Shown here one piece after another: positions 1 through 14,507 of a stretch of DNA of 64,000 bases; within the stretch, counting starts at the first letter, position 1; the number at the start of each line of letters is the position of its first letter. The DNA comes from Octopus sinensis (Eukaryota), in contig NC_043010.1 in assembly GCF_006345805.1 (NCBI RefSeq), positions 43,462,001-43,526,000 on the forward strand. The letters run 5' to 3'. The notes under the pieces were generated by a model, which saw nothing but the letters and a program-made list of their open reading frames with translations, was not told the DNA's origin and searched no databases. Position numbers and translations under genes: made by a program.

Positions 1-126
1 TAGTAGAAGCGTCATTGAATAGTGAGCCAGGGGTCAAAGAGTGACACACTAGCACGCAGAAATTAGTTTTCTCATTTATTATATTAGATATGTGTATGTA
101 TGTATGTATATGTATGTATGTATGTA

Positions 127-208
<82 letters not shown>

Positions 209-308
209 TTATTTATAAATTTAACCTTTAAAGATATTTTTTAATATGCTGGCCACGGATAAAATATTTTCGAAAAATTTTATCCTATATTAGATGTATA
301 TATATATA

Positions 309-343
<35 letters not shown>

Positions 344-553
344 ATATAAATGTAATGCACAACATAGATTTATATAATCTAGTGCTAAAAGCTACTTTCG
401 CAGACAAGGCTATAAAACACATAGTAAACCGATGCGTAGTAAAAACAACATAGTGAACCAATATCTGATGAGCTAGCCTTCAATATTTGCTTAGTTTAGT
501 AAAATGTACAATAGTACTATGCAATTTATAGCAGACGCATTTCATCAGAGAAA

Positions 554-674
554 GATATACATTAAGATATCACATAAGGATCCTTCCGTTCATGCAAGAA
601 CCTACTTACAAGAGCCTGCTTGCATGAGCGGAAGAGTCCACATGTAATATCTTAAGGTATATCATACCTTAAGA

Positions 675-675
<1 letters not shown>
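554..675. repeat. 45-bp-arm imperfect inverted repeat plus nested 12-bp palindrome
   Basis: 554-598 vs 619-663 (38/45 match, 20-nt loop); 649-660 vs 664-675 perfect. Confidence 0.85.
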
Positions 676-1135
<460 letters not shown>

Positions 1136-1149
1136 GAAATCCGTGCGTG

Positions 1150-1386
1150 TAAGGGGTGACGCAAATACAGTCAGACAAACCCGTTAGTTGCATAGAAGAG
1201 GCATTAGATACCTAAATGGCCACTAACCAATAATTACGTAATCTAATAGACATTATGCTGTTCATTCATTACAATATGACTGAAGCTATAAAACGATTGC
1301 CTGGTGACAAGCGCGCTAAAATGCACACCTTCGCAGACATGTTAAATCGATATTGATAAAACGATGCTCTAACAACAATGGTATAT
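1150..1386 (+). promoter_or_regulatory. Candidate Pol II promoter and short first exon
   Basis: TGACGCAA 1157-1164, CCAAT 1227-1231, palindrome ATTACGTAAT 1233-1242, TATAAAA 1287-1293, possible donor ATG|GTATAT at 1380/1381, all within a CpG-retaining region. Confidence 0.3.
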
Positions 1387-2639
1387 TTTAAAAATATATG
1401 CTTGTTTATTTACTTGTTGTGCTTTGGTCGTTTGTGTAGGCATGTTCTTTTCGAGAGAATAGACAGTGGTTGTAGCCGGAAATAATTTTCATAAATTACA
1501 CACACACACACACACACACAACGACACACACTTCTCTATGTCTATGACGCAGTATGTAATATATTTTCACAACAAAAATGATTTAGCTTTATACGTATGT
1601 ATGTATGTATGTATGTATGTATGTATGTATGTATGTATGTATGTATGTATGTATGTATGTATGTGCATTTCTCATACGGTTATCATCTGAAGTGTGATTA
1701 TTTTCAAGTTTTATGGCAATGGAGGTTTTGGTGGATATGCACAATTTTAAACTGAATGAAAATATTCTGTCAGAACTATGATTGCATGTTTCCATTCAGG
1801 CAGGTTAGAATTAACGTTGATATTACTTCAGCTGTCTACTTATGACATCGCCATGGTTTGGTTTAGTTCTGGGTGATCGAGCAATTATTTTAGAGTTTTG
1901 ATATGTACGTACGTACATATTTATGTATGTATGTACGTACGTATGTGCGCGTGTATGTATATATGTTTGTATGTATGTTTGTATGTATGCATGCATTCAT
2001 GCATGTATGTTTTCTTTCTCTTCTTATATTTAGAGTAAATTTTACTGGCCACCTACTCAGTAGCAAGGTTGTGAAGGAAAGTATCCTTTAAATCTGTAGC
2101 AGAAGTGATTTACACTGTCATTAGGTGTGAGATGTTTTCGTAGAGTAGTTTAGACTTAAATACCTGGATATCTGTTCCACAAGCCTTTTCGTTCCATCAG
2201 GTCACATGACCTTGTGATTAGCCGAACTTGTTGTTCGGATTGGTCGGTCTCCAGCCGTCCAATCGTGTTGGCGCAACAGTTCGTTTTTCCTTACGTGGGA
2301 AATTAATCACCTGCTCTAGGAGCCTACTGATCTATATAAGAACGACAGTTCTCGACTGCTCTAGGTCTTTGGCAACCAAGGCCAAGCTGGTGGCCAAGAT
2401 CAAGATTTTTGAAGATCTTCCCAGGGTCACATTGAGAAACGCATGCGCAATGTTCTGGGCTGTCTTGAGTCTGCGGTGGAAGCTGGAGATGGCTTCTTAG
2501 AATAAACTGTTACCTTCCAGTAAACTTAGAGTAAACTTGTAATACAAACTGTCGAATTTAGCCCGAACACGTCGCTGCGTGATTACGAACATACGGTGTA
2601 CATATATCCTAAAGTATTTCTATGTGTGAGTTATGTGTG

Positions 2640-3150
2640 TGTGCGCGCGCGCGGAGTTGTGTGCGTGCATGCGTGAGTGCGTGCATGAGTGCGTAGTGCG
2701 TACTTGAGTGCGTGCGTGCGTGCATGAGTGCGTACGTGCGTGCATGAGTGCGTACGTGCGTGCATGAGTGTGTACGTGCGTGCATGAGTGCGTACGTGCG
2801 TGCATGAGTGTGTACGTGCGTGCATGAGTGCGTACGTGCGTACTTGAGTGCGTACGTGCGTGCATGAGTGTGTACGTGCGTGCATGAGTGCGTACGTGCA
2901 TGCATGAGTGCGTACGTGCGTGCATGAGTGCGTACGTGCGTGCATGAGTGCGTACGTGCGTACATGAGTGCGTACGTGCGTGCATGAGTGCGTACGTGCG
3001 TGCATGAGTGCGTACGTGCGTGCATGAGTGCGTACGTGCGTGCATGAGTGCGTACGTGCGTGCATGAGTGTGTACGTGCGTGCATGCGTGCGTGCATGCG
3101 TGAGTGAATGCGTGCGTGCGTGCGTAGTGCGTGCGTGCGTAAGTGCGTGC
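2640..3150. repeat. CpG-rich 20-bp minisatellite (TGCATGAGTGCGTACGTGCG)n, ~18 regular copies at 2721-3085
   Basis: Exact 20-bp period visible, with degenerate (TGCG)n flanks. Confidence 0.95.
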
Positions 3151-3932
3151 GAATACCTGTATGTGTGCCGAGTTGTATGAACGACCCCAACTCTGCTACC
3201 TCTTTACCCATATAAATTTGGGCGACAGCATTCTGACAGTGCACTGAAATGTGTCGTCATATCTCTTGAATAGATTTTTATTACCACAATATATTCTCCA
3301 TAACAATAACAATTCTTTTCTTTCCTTTTATCTTCTTTTTTTCCTTTTCTTTCTCATTTTCTTCCCACTCCTTATCTCTAAACCACATCCACTCTCGCAT
3401 ATTTTGGGTTTCACCCTTTGCTTTATCGCTCATTGGTTCTCTAAACTTTCTTCCTTGATGTTTTTGCTTTTTTAATTTTTTTTTAAATATTTTATTACTG
3501 GCTTTTTTTCAATTGGACTCACCATTGTATTGTGGCTGACTTAAAAATTTCAGGCGACGATGTAACCTTCATTAAGATAATGTCAGCCTGATGATTAGTT
3601 ACGTTGAACATAGTTCATTGCATAAAAATTGCATAACGAGCTTCAGCTAGCTAAGAAACCTATGTAGCGTGCATTTTACCTGTTCCACTCCCTGAATTTG
3701 GATTTTTATTCAAATTTTTAGCAGCTTTAGTTACTAACTATGAGCTGCATAGAAACTATCAGCTTATCGAATTTCTTTGCAACTTCGATATGGGGCAAAA
3801 GTGTGTAACTCTCGATGCCAATAAATTGTTATTGTATCTTATCGTATACTGTCCACTTTTTGTTCCCTATACCTGCCACCTTCTGCTTGAAGCTTACAAA
3901 CTTCCTACACTCGGTTTCCCTGATCGTATTTA

Positions 3933-4229
3933 TATGTACGTACGTATGTATGTATGTATGTATGTATGTATGTATGTATGTATGTATGTATGTATGTATG
4001 TATGTATGTATGTATGTACGTACGTACGTACGTATGTATGTATGTATGTATGTATGTATGTATGTATGTTTGTATGTATGTATGTATGTACGTATGCATG
4101 TATGTATATATAAATTTGTGTGTGTGTGTTATGTATGTATGTTATGTATGTAAGCTATGTGTGTGTATGTATGTATGTACGTTTGCATGCATGTATGTAT
4201 GTATGTATGCATGTATGTATATATGTGTG

Positions 4230-4288
<59 letters not shown>

Positions 4289-4320
4289 GTATGTATGTAT
4301 GTACGTACGTACGTACGTTT
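3933..4320. repeat. (TATG)n microsatellite
   Basis: Direct reading. Confidence 0.97.
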
Positions 4321-4799
4321 GTACCCCCTCATTTATACATCATGTGACGGTAGTCAGTATCATACAAGTGGTGTCATTCATTTCCAGTCTTGCATGAAAA
4401 TAGACAAACGTGCAGATAGAAAAGTTTCTCCATTACCAGAGTCAAGTACATAAGTGATACAACACATACAAGCACACTTATTATTCTCTAATGGCCCTGA
4501 GTGAAAGTAGAAATCATTCTGCCTTTGTGACATTATAGTTAATCAATTCTGGAGCTTCATTCATTTCCCATGACTGCTTTTATAAATTATTATAGACAAT
4601 GGGGAAATTGTGTCTATCTTGAATCAAAATATTAACCATTTATATAATTAGTTAATTATACACTGAATTCCTCGCTTTAAATTAGAATTTTTACAATGAT
4701 TTGAAAATCTTTCACTTTTTATATTAGCAAATATCTGCATTTTTAGTTTTTGTAGGTACTATTTAGACAACAAATCCTGATATATTTGTGCACAAGAAG

Positions 4800-5450
4800 C
4801 AAAAGGTGGTTAGATATTGTTTATTCGTATAAAACACCCAGGAAGAGGAGAGGTGAGTGAGTTGGGCAGGCCTGACTGAGGTGGTACATGAGTGGCCATC
4901 ACCAAGGAGTAAAGAGTAAAAGCTGTAGAAAAAGCAGATAGGGGACGCCAGATTTGTGTCCCTTCTCACAAACAGGAGTTGAAGTACGTTGATGAGTGAT
5001 TTCATGCCAGTCAGTTGAGTGTGTGTTTTTTGTTTTTTTGGTGGGGTGGGGGTGATCTTGGATGCTTGTATGGATAATATCAGCATATTTTCCAAATATG
5101 GCAGTAGTATTCAGCTATAGATCTCACTTGAGCTTTGAAAAAAGTTAGTAGTTGTTGTGGACTAATGTACTTTATGGACTTGATGCAGAAGGTCTATCTT
5201 TGTAATGCTGTATATGTATTTAATAACTGTTGTTATATCCATACCAAGGTTTTATGCTGGAGTCCATGTACTTGAACACCAGCCTGAAATTATGGCTTAG
5301 GTATAACAATTTACTGGCATATCTTCCCTCTGACATTTCTCTTCTCTAGTGTCTTTATAAACTGTTTCATCAGTCCAAGTTTTATGTGCAAAGGAGGCAA
5401 TAAGACATTACATGGATTTACAAGAGGTGTATTCTTGACACTAGACAGTC
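4800..5450 (-). mobile_element. Ancient CR1/Jockey-group LINE fragment
   Basis: Minus-strand FKAQVRSIAEYYCHIW at ~5090-5137 resembles the YKAQVRPxLEYCSHIW post-RT motif. The rest is heavily decayed. Confidence 0.45.
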
Positions 5451-6781
5451 CTGCCAGTTTGATTCCGAATAATGTCTGTCAGTTGCCTGACTATGCCATA
5501 GACACAAGAAACAACAGTATTTTGTGAAACCTGATAACATTTTCATTAACATTACAATGACTTTTAAATCTCCACATATTTTCCATGAGTATCTTTCATG
5601 GGTAATTCATGACGTAAAAGTTCCATATTCTCAAATGATTCATGAAGATGAATGGAGTGTGCAATAGGAATGGAAGGCTTCAAATTACCATTATGGAGAT
5701 GTACAGAGTTGAAATATTCTTAATGTTAATTGTTTGGATGGATCAAAGACAAATTTACTTGTGGCTATTCAATCCACCAGAGCTCAATTTAATCCAATGA
5801 CATTTAGACCTTACAATGACAGTGAATACAGTAGCAGTCCCCAGCAAGAATTGTCCATCATTACCAGAGGCAAGCTACATCATAAGCCCTAACACTAGCA
5901 CTACTATTACTACAAGCTGTGCTACAAATATTACAACTGCCTATACTATTAATACCACCTGTATTAATATCATTTTACTTTTGTTGACACTCTTACCTAT
6001 ACTTCAACAAACTAATAGCCTATAGCCTATAAAACAGTGATACCACCACCACTACATATAACAAAACCACCACCACTACCACATATAACTACTTCACTGC
6101 CACCACTACATATATACATTTAACAACCACCCTCACTAACAACAACAATCTACATGAGATAACTAGGGTGCCTTTTCGTGGTCACTCAATCTGCTAGAAC
6201 TAGCAGCCAAATCTCCTTTCAATCACAGCTTACTCTCTTAAAAATGGAAGGACACATTGAATAATGTAAATCTAAATACACGAAAAAAGAAGAAAAAAGA
6301 TGAGATAGGCTATTTTGATCACATGTCTGCTGGATCAGAACTGATTTGGGGCTAAAGGACAACAACAACAACAACAGTTTATCTATACAGCCATCTTTTC
6401 TATGCTTTCATCTTTCTATTGTCCCATATGAACATTATCACTGCTACCCACCTCACCATCACTACAGTCACTATCATCTTTAACCCTACCTCTATGTTGT
6501 TTATCATTACCACTACCATCACTATGACTTCTCCTACGCCACCACCTATACCAGCAACACTAGCAGGAGCAGCCCCATCACTTATGCTTCCATCATCATT
6601 AACAATAGCAGTGTGCTGTTCGATCAATACAGTACATTAATCAATCAATCAGTGCTGCGATGCTGCCATTTGATTTTACAGGGAGAGGAAGAATGAGAGA
6701 AAGAGATAGAGAATATCGATTGAGCAGTATAACCATGTGTATAGTTGTGTGTGCGTGTGTGTGTGTGTGTGGTGTGTGTGT

Positions 6782-6840
<59 letters not shown>

Positions 6841-7595
6841 TTGGTTTCAATATTGTGAAAGAACAATCTAATATTAACTGAACAACAAAATTATGTGTAC
6901 ATGTGGTTATATAGGTATGTGTGGATACATATGTGTACGTAAGGGTGTGTGTGTGTGTGTGTGTACATGTGAACTTTGTACACTTCAATAAATATGAAAT
7001 GGCATGCACAGACACACACATGCAACATAAGCACACATACATACAAAGGGAACATAAAACACACAAGACAAAGTGGTCTTTTGTGACTATCAGTAATGAC
7101 ATGAATGTTTAATGTCTGACATTTCCATCCTCCACACCCCAGCAATCTGCAGATAACAGAAATACATACATAAACACATGTGCACATATATAGCTTCCAC
7201 TGCCTCTCCTACATCACCAGTATCCAGATTCCACCTTTCCTAACCTATATCTTCATATTTATTCCTCAGATTGCATCTGGTTTTGTTGCCTATTACCCCT
7301 AGAGGGCATATTTGCCTATCCCTTCTCTCCAACCATCCCACTACCATCTTCATTATTACTGCTTTTTATTATTATTGTTGTGATTATTATAAATATTATT
7401 GATGTTTTTAACTGTTGATGGTATTATAATTGCTACTGTTATTATCTTTATTATTATTGACCTGGAGAGGTTGGTCATATAGCCAGAAACAGTAGAGTGC
7501 TGAACAAAGCAAAGGAATTCAATGTATTTAGTTTCATTGTTCTAGGTTTTGAGTTCAAATTCTGCTCAGGATGACATTACTTTTCATTACTTTAA

Positions 7596-7816
7596 CTCTT
7601 TCATTACCAATCTGGCTGAAACCGCCTCTGGCTCTGTAGTACAAATGTCTTGTTTTCTTAAGTTTTGAATTAAAATCATCCACCAAACCTTAGTCACAAT
7701 TTACGTTACTGACACTAGCTAAATGGTAACTAAATTATTTTTCTAAATTCTTTGTCATATTTAAAATAATTGAAAGAAACACAGAGCATCTCAAAATGAA
7801 TATGGTAATGAAAGGG
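7596..7816. mobile_element. piggyBac-type MITE (221 bp) inserted in a decayed family B SINE
   Basis: TTAA at 7592-7595 and 7817-7820; 14-bp TIR CTCTTTCATTACCA / TGGTAATGAAAGGG (1 mismatch). Confidence 0.85.
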
Positions 7817-8090
7817 TTAAAGTCAAAAGAATTAGCAGCAAGGGTTAACTCAGCTGACTACAAACCCCAACTTATAAGAATTAGGTCTTTTACTATGTTG
7901 AAAGAGAAGAGTTTTGCTTTAATTATAAGTACAAAGGTTCTCAATTTTAGACAGAAGAAATAACGGAATAATGATTGTCATCTGTTTTCATGATTTATCT
8001 AAGTAGGAAAAAAGTACATTGTTTAGAACCTTCAGAGCCTTTCTGTTTTCAGTGGCCTCTAGTGCAGTTTTGGAATAGCCATATCAACTT

Positions 8091-9689
8091 GAAATCTCTC
8101 TCATATTACACAGCAATAGTCTCTTGCCATTAAGAACTTTAATAAAAACAAAATTGTTTCTTTATATCTCATTAATGTTTTCAACTACATCTGACATACT
8201 CAGTTTTTGATTAAATGTATTGTTTTCACCCATCATTAATTACTGTATCAAAAGTATCCTAGCAAAATAATTCCATTGCAGTATGTATCAAGCGAGTTCT
8301 CCTCATATCTCATTTTATTCAACTCGCACAAACCTCAATGGTTCACTTATCTTTCTTACTTTCTTCTTACTTTAATCACACTCTACAATCTTCCCTGTCA
8401 CACATAACTAAAACATACTAACTACAAATATCAAGCTACACAATCTCTGAAGGACATACATTTCTATAAATACACACACATTCTGGACTGCATTGAAGTG
8501 AAAGAGGTAAAGTCTTTATTCACCAATAATTTGCAATCACAGTTATGATAACAGGTCATGCCCATCCACTGTCTCCCTTACCAGTAGTTGCTACTCATCT
8601 GAACAGTCTGACACTTTACACTTTCATATAAACTTATTTATTGCTATCTTCTCTCCACCTAATGTCCCCACTATTTTGTCTCACTCATTGTTGTTTCTCT
8701 CCATCTTGCCCTCTCATTCCAGCAACTAATTTTGTTTTACTATACATTTCCAAAGAGTATTAGCAATACAAGTGAACTGAGTTAGCATCAAGCAGAAATT
8801 AAAATTGAGACACAAGCTTGCTCTTGTTTATTAGTTGTAGTCTTTATGAAATGCAGTAGAAGAAAATAGATTAGAGATAAACTCTTCACATATTTTGGTT
8901 ACAATTTGCTACCATTTTATTGTCATTGAAGCTCCTGTGTTTCTATCATACTTTAGTTTCCCAAACCCTTCCACAAAGTCACCTCCCTCAATACTGCATT
9001 TTCACTCAACCTAGGGGGTCTTGTCTTGCAAGTTACTTGGTGACCTACATAGTGCCAATGCCATGAAAAGAAGGTACCCTCTGTAAAGTGGTTGGCATTA
9101 GATATGGGATCCACCTGTAGAAACCATACCAAAGCAGATACTGGAGCTCAACATATTCTGGCTCATCAGATCCTGTCAGACCATCTGACCCATGCCAACA
9201 TAGAAGATGGACTTTAAATGATGCTACTGCTGCTGCTGCTGCTGCTGCTTCTACTGTTGCTGTTGCTGCTGCTGCTGCTGCTTCTACTGTTGCTGTTGCT
9301 GCTGCTGCTGATGATGAGGAGGAGGACGACAACGTAAACCATTCACACTATTTCCAAGATGAAGATGGGCATTATAAATATCCACTTTGGTTACTATGAA
9401 GCCAGATCTATAAGGACTAGAAATCTCTTTTATATTACACAGCAATAGTCTCTTGCCATTAAGAACTTTAATAAAAACAAAATTGTTTCTTTATATCTCA
9501 TTAATGTTTTCAACTACATCTGACATACTCAGTTTTTGATGAAATGTATAGTTTTCACCCATCATTAATTACTGTATCAAAAGTATCCTAGCAAAATAAT
9601 TCCATTGCAGTATGTATCAAGAGAGTTCTCCTCATATCTCATTTTATTCAACTCGCACACACCTCAATGGTTCAGTTATCTTTCTTACT
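8091..9689 (+). repeat. ~270-bp direct repeat pair (8091-8360 and 9420-9689)
   Basis: About 7 differences by eye; copies separated by ~1.06 kb. Confidence 0.92.
9014..9223 (+). mobile_element. Decayed family C copy followed by (GCT)n
   Basis: CTCTGTAAAGTGGTTGGCATTAG...CCCATGCCAACAT...TTAAATGATG. Confidence 0.65.
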
Positions 9690-9877
9690 CTTTCATACAC
9701 CACACACCAGCAGTCTCTTACTCTTGAAATTTCAGAAAAAGTAACGCTCACATCAGCATCTTGTAAAGAATTGGCCCAAATATAAGAATTATAAGCTTTA
9801 TCCATCACTTCCTCATATCTGTGTCAATGGTTTTTTTTTGATACACATTTTATCAGTTCTAGTGTGTGTTCTGTTAA

Positions 9878-10090
9878 CATCATCATCATCTTTATCATTT
9901 AACACCTGTTTTCCTTGCTGGCATGGGTTAGGTTTTTTGGCTGGAGCTGGTAAGCCAGAGAGCTGCACCAGGCTCCAATAGTCTGCTTTGGTTTAGTCTC
10001 TACAGCTGGGTGCTCTTCCTAATGCCAACCACTTTACAAAATGTATTGGGTGTCTTTTACATGTCACCAGCAAGGGTGATTTTTACACGT
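9878..10090 (-). mobile_element. Decayed family C copy
   Basis: (CAT)n..TTTAACACCTGTTTTCC...CTTCCTAATGCCAACCACTTTACA. Confidence 0.7.
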
Positions 10091-10095
10091 TATGT

Positions 10096-10457
10096 CTTAC
10101 TCTTTACTCTTTACTCTCTTTTACTTGTTTCAGTCATTTGACTGCGGCCATGCTGGAGCACCGCCTTTCGAGCAAATCGACCCCGGGACTTATTCTTTGT
10201 AAGCCCAGTACTTATTCTGTTGGTCTCTTTTGCCGAACCGCTAAGTGACGGGGACGTAAACACACCAGCATTGGTTGTCAAGCAATGCTAGGGGGACAAA
10301 CACAGACACACAAATACACACACACATACATATATATATATATACATATATACGACAGGCTTCTTTCAGTTTCCGTCTACCAAATCCACTCACAAGGGTT
10401 TGGTCGGCCTGAGGCTATAGCAGAAGACACTTGCCCAAGATGCCACACAGTGGGACT
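10096..10457 (-). mobile_element. SINE family A, head truncated
   Basis: Reverse complement of the family A body and tail with a (GAGTAAA)n-type end. Confidence 0.88.
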
Positions 10458-10861
10458 TACGTAAATCAGCTTCTTACTTTTACTACTTATGCAGAAAATA
10501 CCATATTCTACACTTTTAATAGGGTTTCTCACACAGTTACCATCCATCTACATGCAACTGAGAAATTTCATGCCAAGCATGAACAAATGCCTTGAAAACA
10601 TCTTTTAATGGTGATATAAAAATAGTCTCATATAAAAAGCACCAAAATGCTCTTACCAAAATGCAGTGATCAATATGAAAAGTTCAATAAGAGAACATCA
10701 AAAACACTGAACTCATGATTCTTGAAAGACCTGCAAATGTCATGAACATTGCTCCTCTTAATTTAAATAAGGATAATGATTAAATTTCTGTGAGAGTTTG
10801 GCAGATAGTGCAACAGTGATGTCATGTCCTAATTATAATATCTCCAGTTATAATAGCTTTA

Positions 10862-11240
10862 TTCTTTTATCCTTTTACTTGTTTCAGGCAATATATCGTG
10901 GCCATGCTGGGGCACAGCCTTTAAGAATTTCTTGTTGAATGAATCAATCCCAGAACTTAAATTTTTTTACTCTATCAGTCTCTTTTGCCAAACTACTAAA
11001 TTACAGGGATGTAAACACACCAACACCAGTTGTCAAGTGATGGTGGGAGGGCAGACACAGACACAAAGACACACACATACACATATATATATGAAGCAGA
11101 CTTCCTTCAGTTTCTGTTTATCAAATCCACTCACAAGGCTTTGGTCGGCCTGAGGCTATAGCAGAAGACACTTGCCCAAGATGCCATGCAGTGGGACAGA
11201 ACCCAGAACTATGTGGTTGGGAAGCAAACTTCTCACCACA
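10862..11240 (-). mobile_element. SINE family A, older diverged copy
   Basis: Collinear with the other copies, with many CpG transitions. Confidence 0.8.
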
Positions 11241-11299
11241 ATATTCTGAAATAATGCCCAAATATCACATCTTTCTGCTTTCTCAAATCATCAAAGTTT

Positions 11300-11740
11300 C
11301 ATTTGATCTAGTGTATTGTAGTGTAATGCTTTGTATTTTCATATATTATAATGTAGTATGCTAGAGTGTGATATTTTCTGGTTTCTTATATTATGTTATG
11401 GATTGTTGCAGTGATTTATGATGTGTTTCATATGCAGTTGTGCAGCATGTTATATTAAATGTTATATGACATGCTGCAGTGCATTGCATTATTATGAGGT
11501 GCACAGTAACATTATTTTGTGTGATGCAATGTGTTATAATGTGGTATTATGTGATTATGTTGCAGCTTGCCATTTTGTTGCATGACAGGACATGATATGA
11601 TGTGGTTTGCTTCAGTGAAAAGCAGCATAGTTTATGACACTTTACTGTACTAAAGCTGGTTTGGTACATGGTACAGTGTCTTCAAGTGCCTGTGTAGTAT
11701 CATGTAGTTTTATAATAAGTTGGTATATAGTATACTACTA
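11300..11740. repeat. Highly degenerate pentanucleotide (TGTRR-like) low-complexity tract
   Basis: 5-bp periodicity visible; a complementary CACCA/TACCA-like tract lies at ~12030-12135. Confidence 0.6.
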
Positions 11741-13483
11741 GTGTGAATTAAAGCATAAACACAGAACTCTTAATGCATAACTAATTGAATTCACTGCCAT
11801 GAATATCAATGGCATTAATATGTTATAGACTTCTATAGAAAGGCATAAGTACAATTGATTATACTGACCCCAAAACACTTAAAACTTGTACTTTTGAATT
11901 CATGACTACCACAACATGGACCAAGATACAACCCAGCTGTTGATATTACCATTCCACAACGGTTGACATGAAATGGCCTAATGGCTATGGTTTTGAACTA
12001 CCAGCTCCTAGGTATTAAGTTCAAATTCCACATAACCACACCAATATATCACCACATTACCACACCACCACACTACACTAAGATACCAATATATACCTAC
12101 ACAACAATACTACCATATCACTATACATTGCTACCATTCATGAGCTAGAACTTAAAACAAAAGCAATAAAGATAGAAAAATCTAAGAAGAGTTTAGAAAT
12201 ACATATAAACCTTATAACATAGGTGACATTAAAGGACAAATAGCAATGATAGGGAAGATGGATGATAAGATGGTTCTGCTGCTATATTTGCTTCTGCAGG
12301 TGTTACTAGTTTCGTTGCTATTTTGTAATGCCATTTCGCTGCTGCAGCTGTTACTACTGCTCTAGATATTGCCGTAGTTATAGATGTCGTTATTGTAGCT
12401 GTAATAAAATATGATGTGCTCTGGTTGAAATATGAAGCTGTTCCCTTATCTTCTACATTTTTTCCAATTAGAACTATAGCCTCGTGAGAAGCAGCAACAG
12501 CCATCCTGATTCTTTCATTGTTGTAATCAAATCAAGCACAGAATCAAAAGCACACAAATCTGTTTATGAATACATAACATGTATATAATTAAGTTAAAAC
12601 TGATATACTTAAAGAAAGATACATATAAAACACATATATAAAAATCTATAGTAGTATAGACAGTATGTGGGTTATATAGATACACATACACAAATGTGCA
12701 AACACATTCACACACAGATACATGTGTGTATATACACACACACACATATTAAGAGTGTATATTTAATAGTTCGTCCATCATATTTTAAGCATGTAAAGTA
12801 CAAAAAATTATAAAATATATCAAATAAATACATAAACAAATAAAGTGAGAAACAAAGAAAGAGAAGAGGAATAATCTATCAGGTTCATCCATTAATGATC
12901 ATTGAAGACTTTAACCACACAACGCTCCAATAGGAGATGCATCCATGCACAGAACAGAGAAATCACTACTGCATTTACCTATATTACACTTTCTATGAAC
13001 ATGAAAGTATGAGAGTGAAGGTATTTCATGGTGGTGGTTGTGTGAGACTTTTATCATCACAACAAAATCTGCCACCTGTGGCTATAAGAAGTGTCAACCA
13101 TCAGTATTCAATGAAGATCATGCAGCATTTCAACAAAGATACAGTCGTGTAGAGGCCAAGAGAACCACTTCTACCTATAACAGACCTTCCATGAGCCTGA
13201 AACTACAAACATGGCAGTAACTTATTGTTGCAGTTGTGCAGAATACCCCGAGCACCACATACCATTTTTTATCCATTGTTGGAAGTCTATAAGTCTATGC
13301 CATACAATCTCCTATTGAAGCTTGACATAGATACTTGACAAGTGCAAAGACTTTTAAAATGATAAAGAGCTGTACATTTGCTCTCTCATTCTCACATGAT
13401 ACACAAGATAAAGTCAAGGTAGTATAAGAGATTACTAAAAAAGGCTGAAAAGATTTCCAGACCTGACAGTAATTTGGTGTGTG

Positions 13484-13484
<1 letters not shown>

Positions 13485-13521
<37 letters not shown>

Positions 13522-13751
13522 GTTTAACGTCTGTTTTCCGTGCTAGCACGGGTTGGACGGTTCGACCAGGGTCTGGGAAGCCAGGAGGCTGCACCAGGCT
13601 CCAGTCTGATCTGGCAGTGTTTCTACAGCTGGATGCCCTTCCTAACGCCAACGACTCCATGAGTGTAGTGGGTGCTTTTTACTTGCCACCGGCACAGGTG
13701 CCAGGGGAGTCTTGCAGCAGCAACGATCGGTTGGTACTTTTTACGTGCCAG
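13485..13751 (-). mobile_element. (GAT)n-tailed repeat family C (RTE-related SINE/LINE end)
   Basis: (CAT)n-CGTTTAACGTC..TTTTCC.TGCTAGCA...GGATGCCCTTCCTAA.GCCAAC, shared with other copies in the window. Confidence 0.85.
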
Positions 13752-14189
13752 GTCGTAAAACAGCATACCAGATGTTTACCCTGCATCATAGCTTCTAGCC
13801 TAACATGAAGTTATGCTGTCACCTGCACAAGTCACTCCCACTGGTTAGCTGCCACAACAACAAAGCTCTGAAGATGAAAATTATTTATTTCTTCCCTGCC
13901 TCATTTAAATGGAATGTGAACAGATCACTAAAAATACATATTTAATGTTCAGAAAAGTCATCCATATTATTGGATAACCATTGATGCTTCAAAGTTCATC
14001 TGATCTTTGGCAGGTCTTATTTTTCATCTTGCAGGGTGTCGAAAGCCACCTACCTCATTGAGCAAGGTTGATGGAATTGTCAGTTAAGCCACAGATGATC
14101 CCGCTATGCAACAGAGTGTACTGAGTCACATGGTACCAGGAGCACTTTCAAGTGACCACATGTAATGGGTTATATATATATAAATATAT

Positions 14190-14425
14190 CATCATCATCA
14201 TCATCATCATCATCGTTTAATGTCCGTTTTCCATGCTAGCATAGGTTGGATGGTTCGACTGGCGTCAGGGAAGCCAGGAGGCTGCACCAGGCTCCAGTCT
14301 GATCTGGCAGTGTTTCTACAGCTGAATTCCCTTCCTAATGCCAACCACTCCGTGAGTGTAGTGGGTGCTTTTTACGTGCCAGGGGAGGCTGGCAATGACC
14401 ACAATTGGTTGGTGCTTTTTACGTA
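14190..14425 (-). mobile_element. Repeat family C copy
   Basis: High similarity to the 13485 copy. Confidence 0.85.
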
Positions 14426-14475
14426 TCGTTGATATTATAAGTATTATATTCAAGGAAACACAAATGCTGATGGTT

Positions 14476-14506
<31 letters not shown>

Positions 14507-14507
14507 C

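Noticed and set aside
460-520. Hammerhead-like CTGATGA-GCTAG...TTAGT-AAAA-TGTACA
   Set aside because: GAAA, the cleavage triplet and stem I would all need several substitutions; too degenerate.
2609-3244. 211-aa HARTHSCTHVRT repeat protein or CRISPR-like array
   Set aside because: Pure 20-bp tandem repeat open in all minus frames; no spacers and no cas genes.
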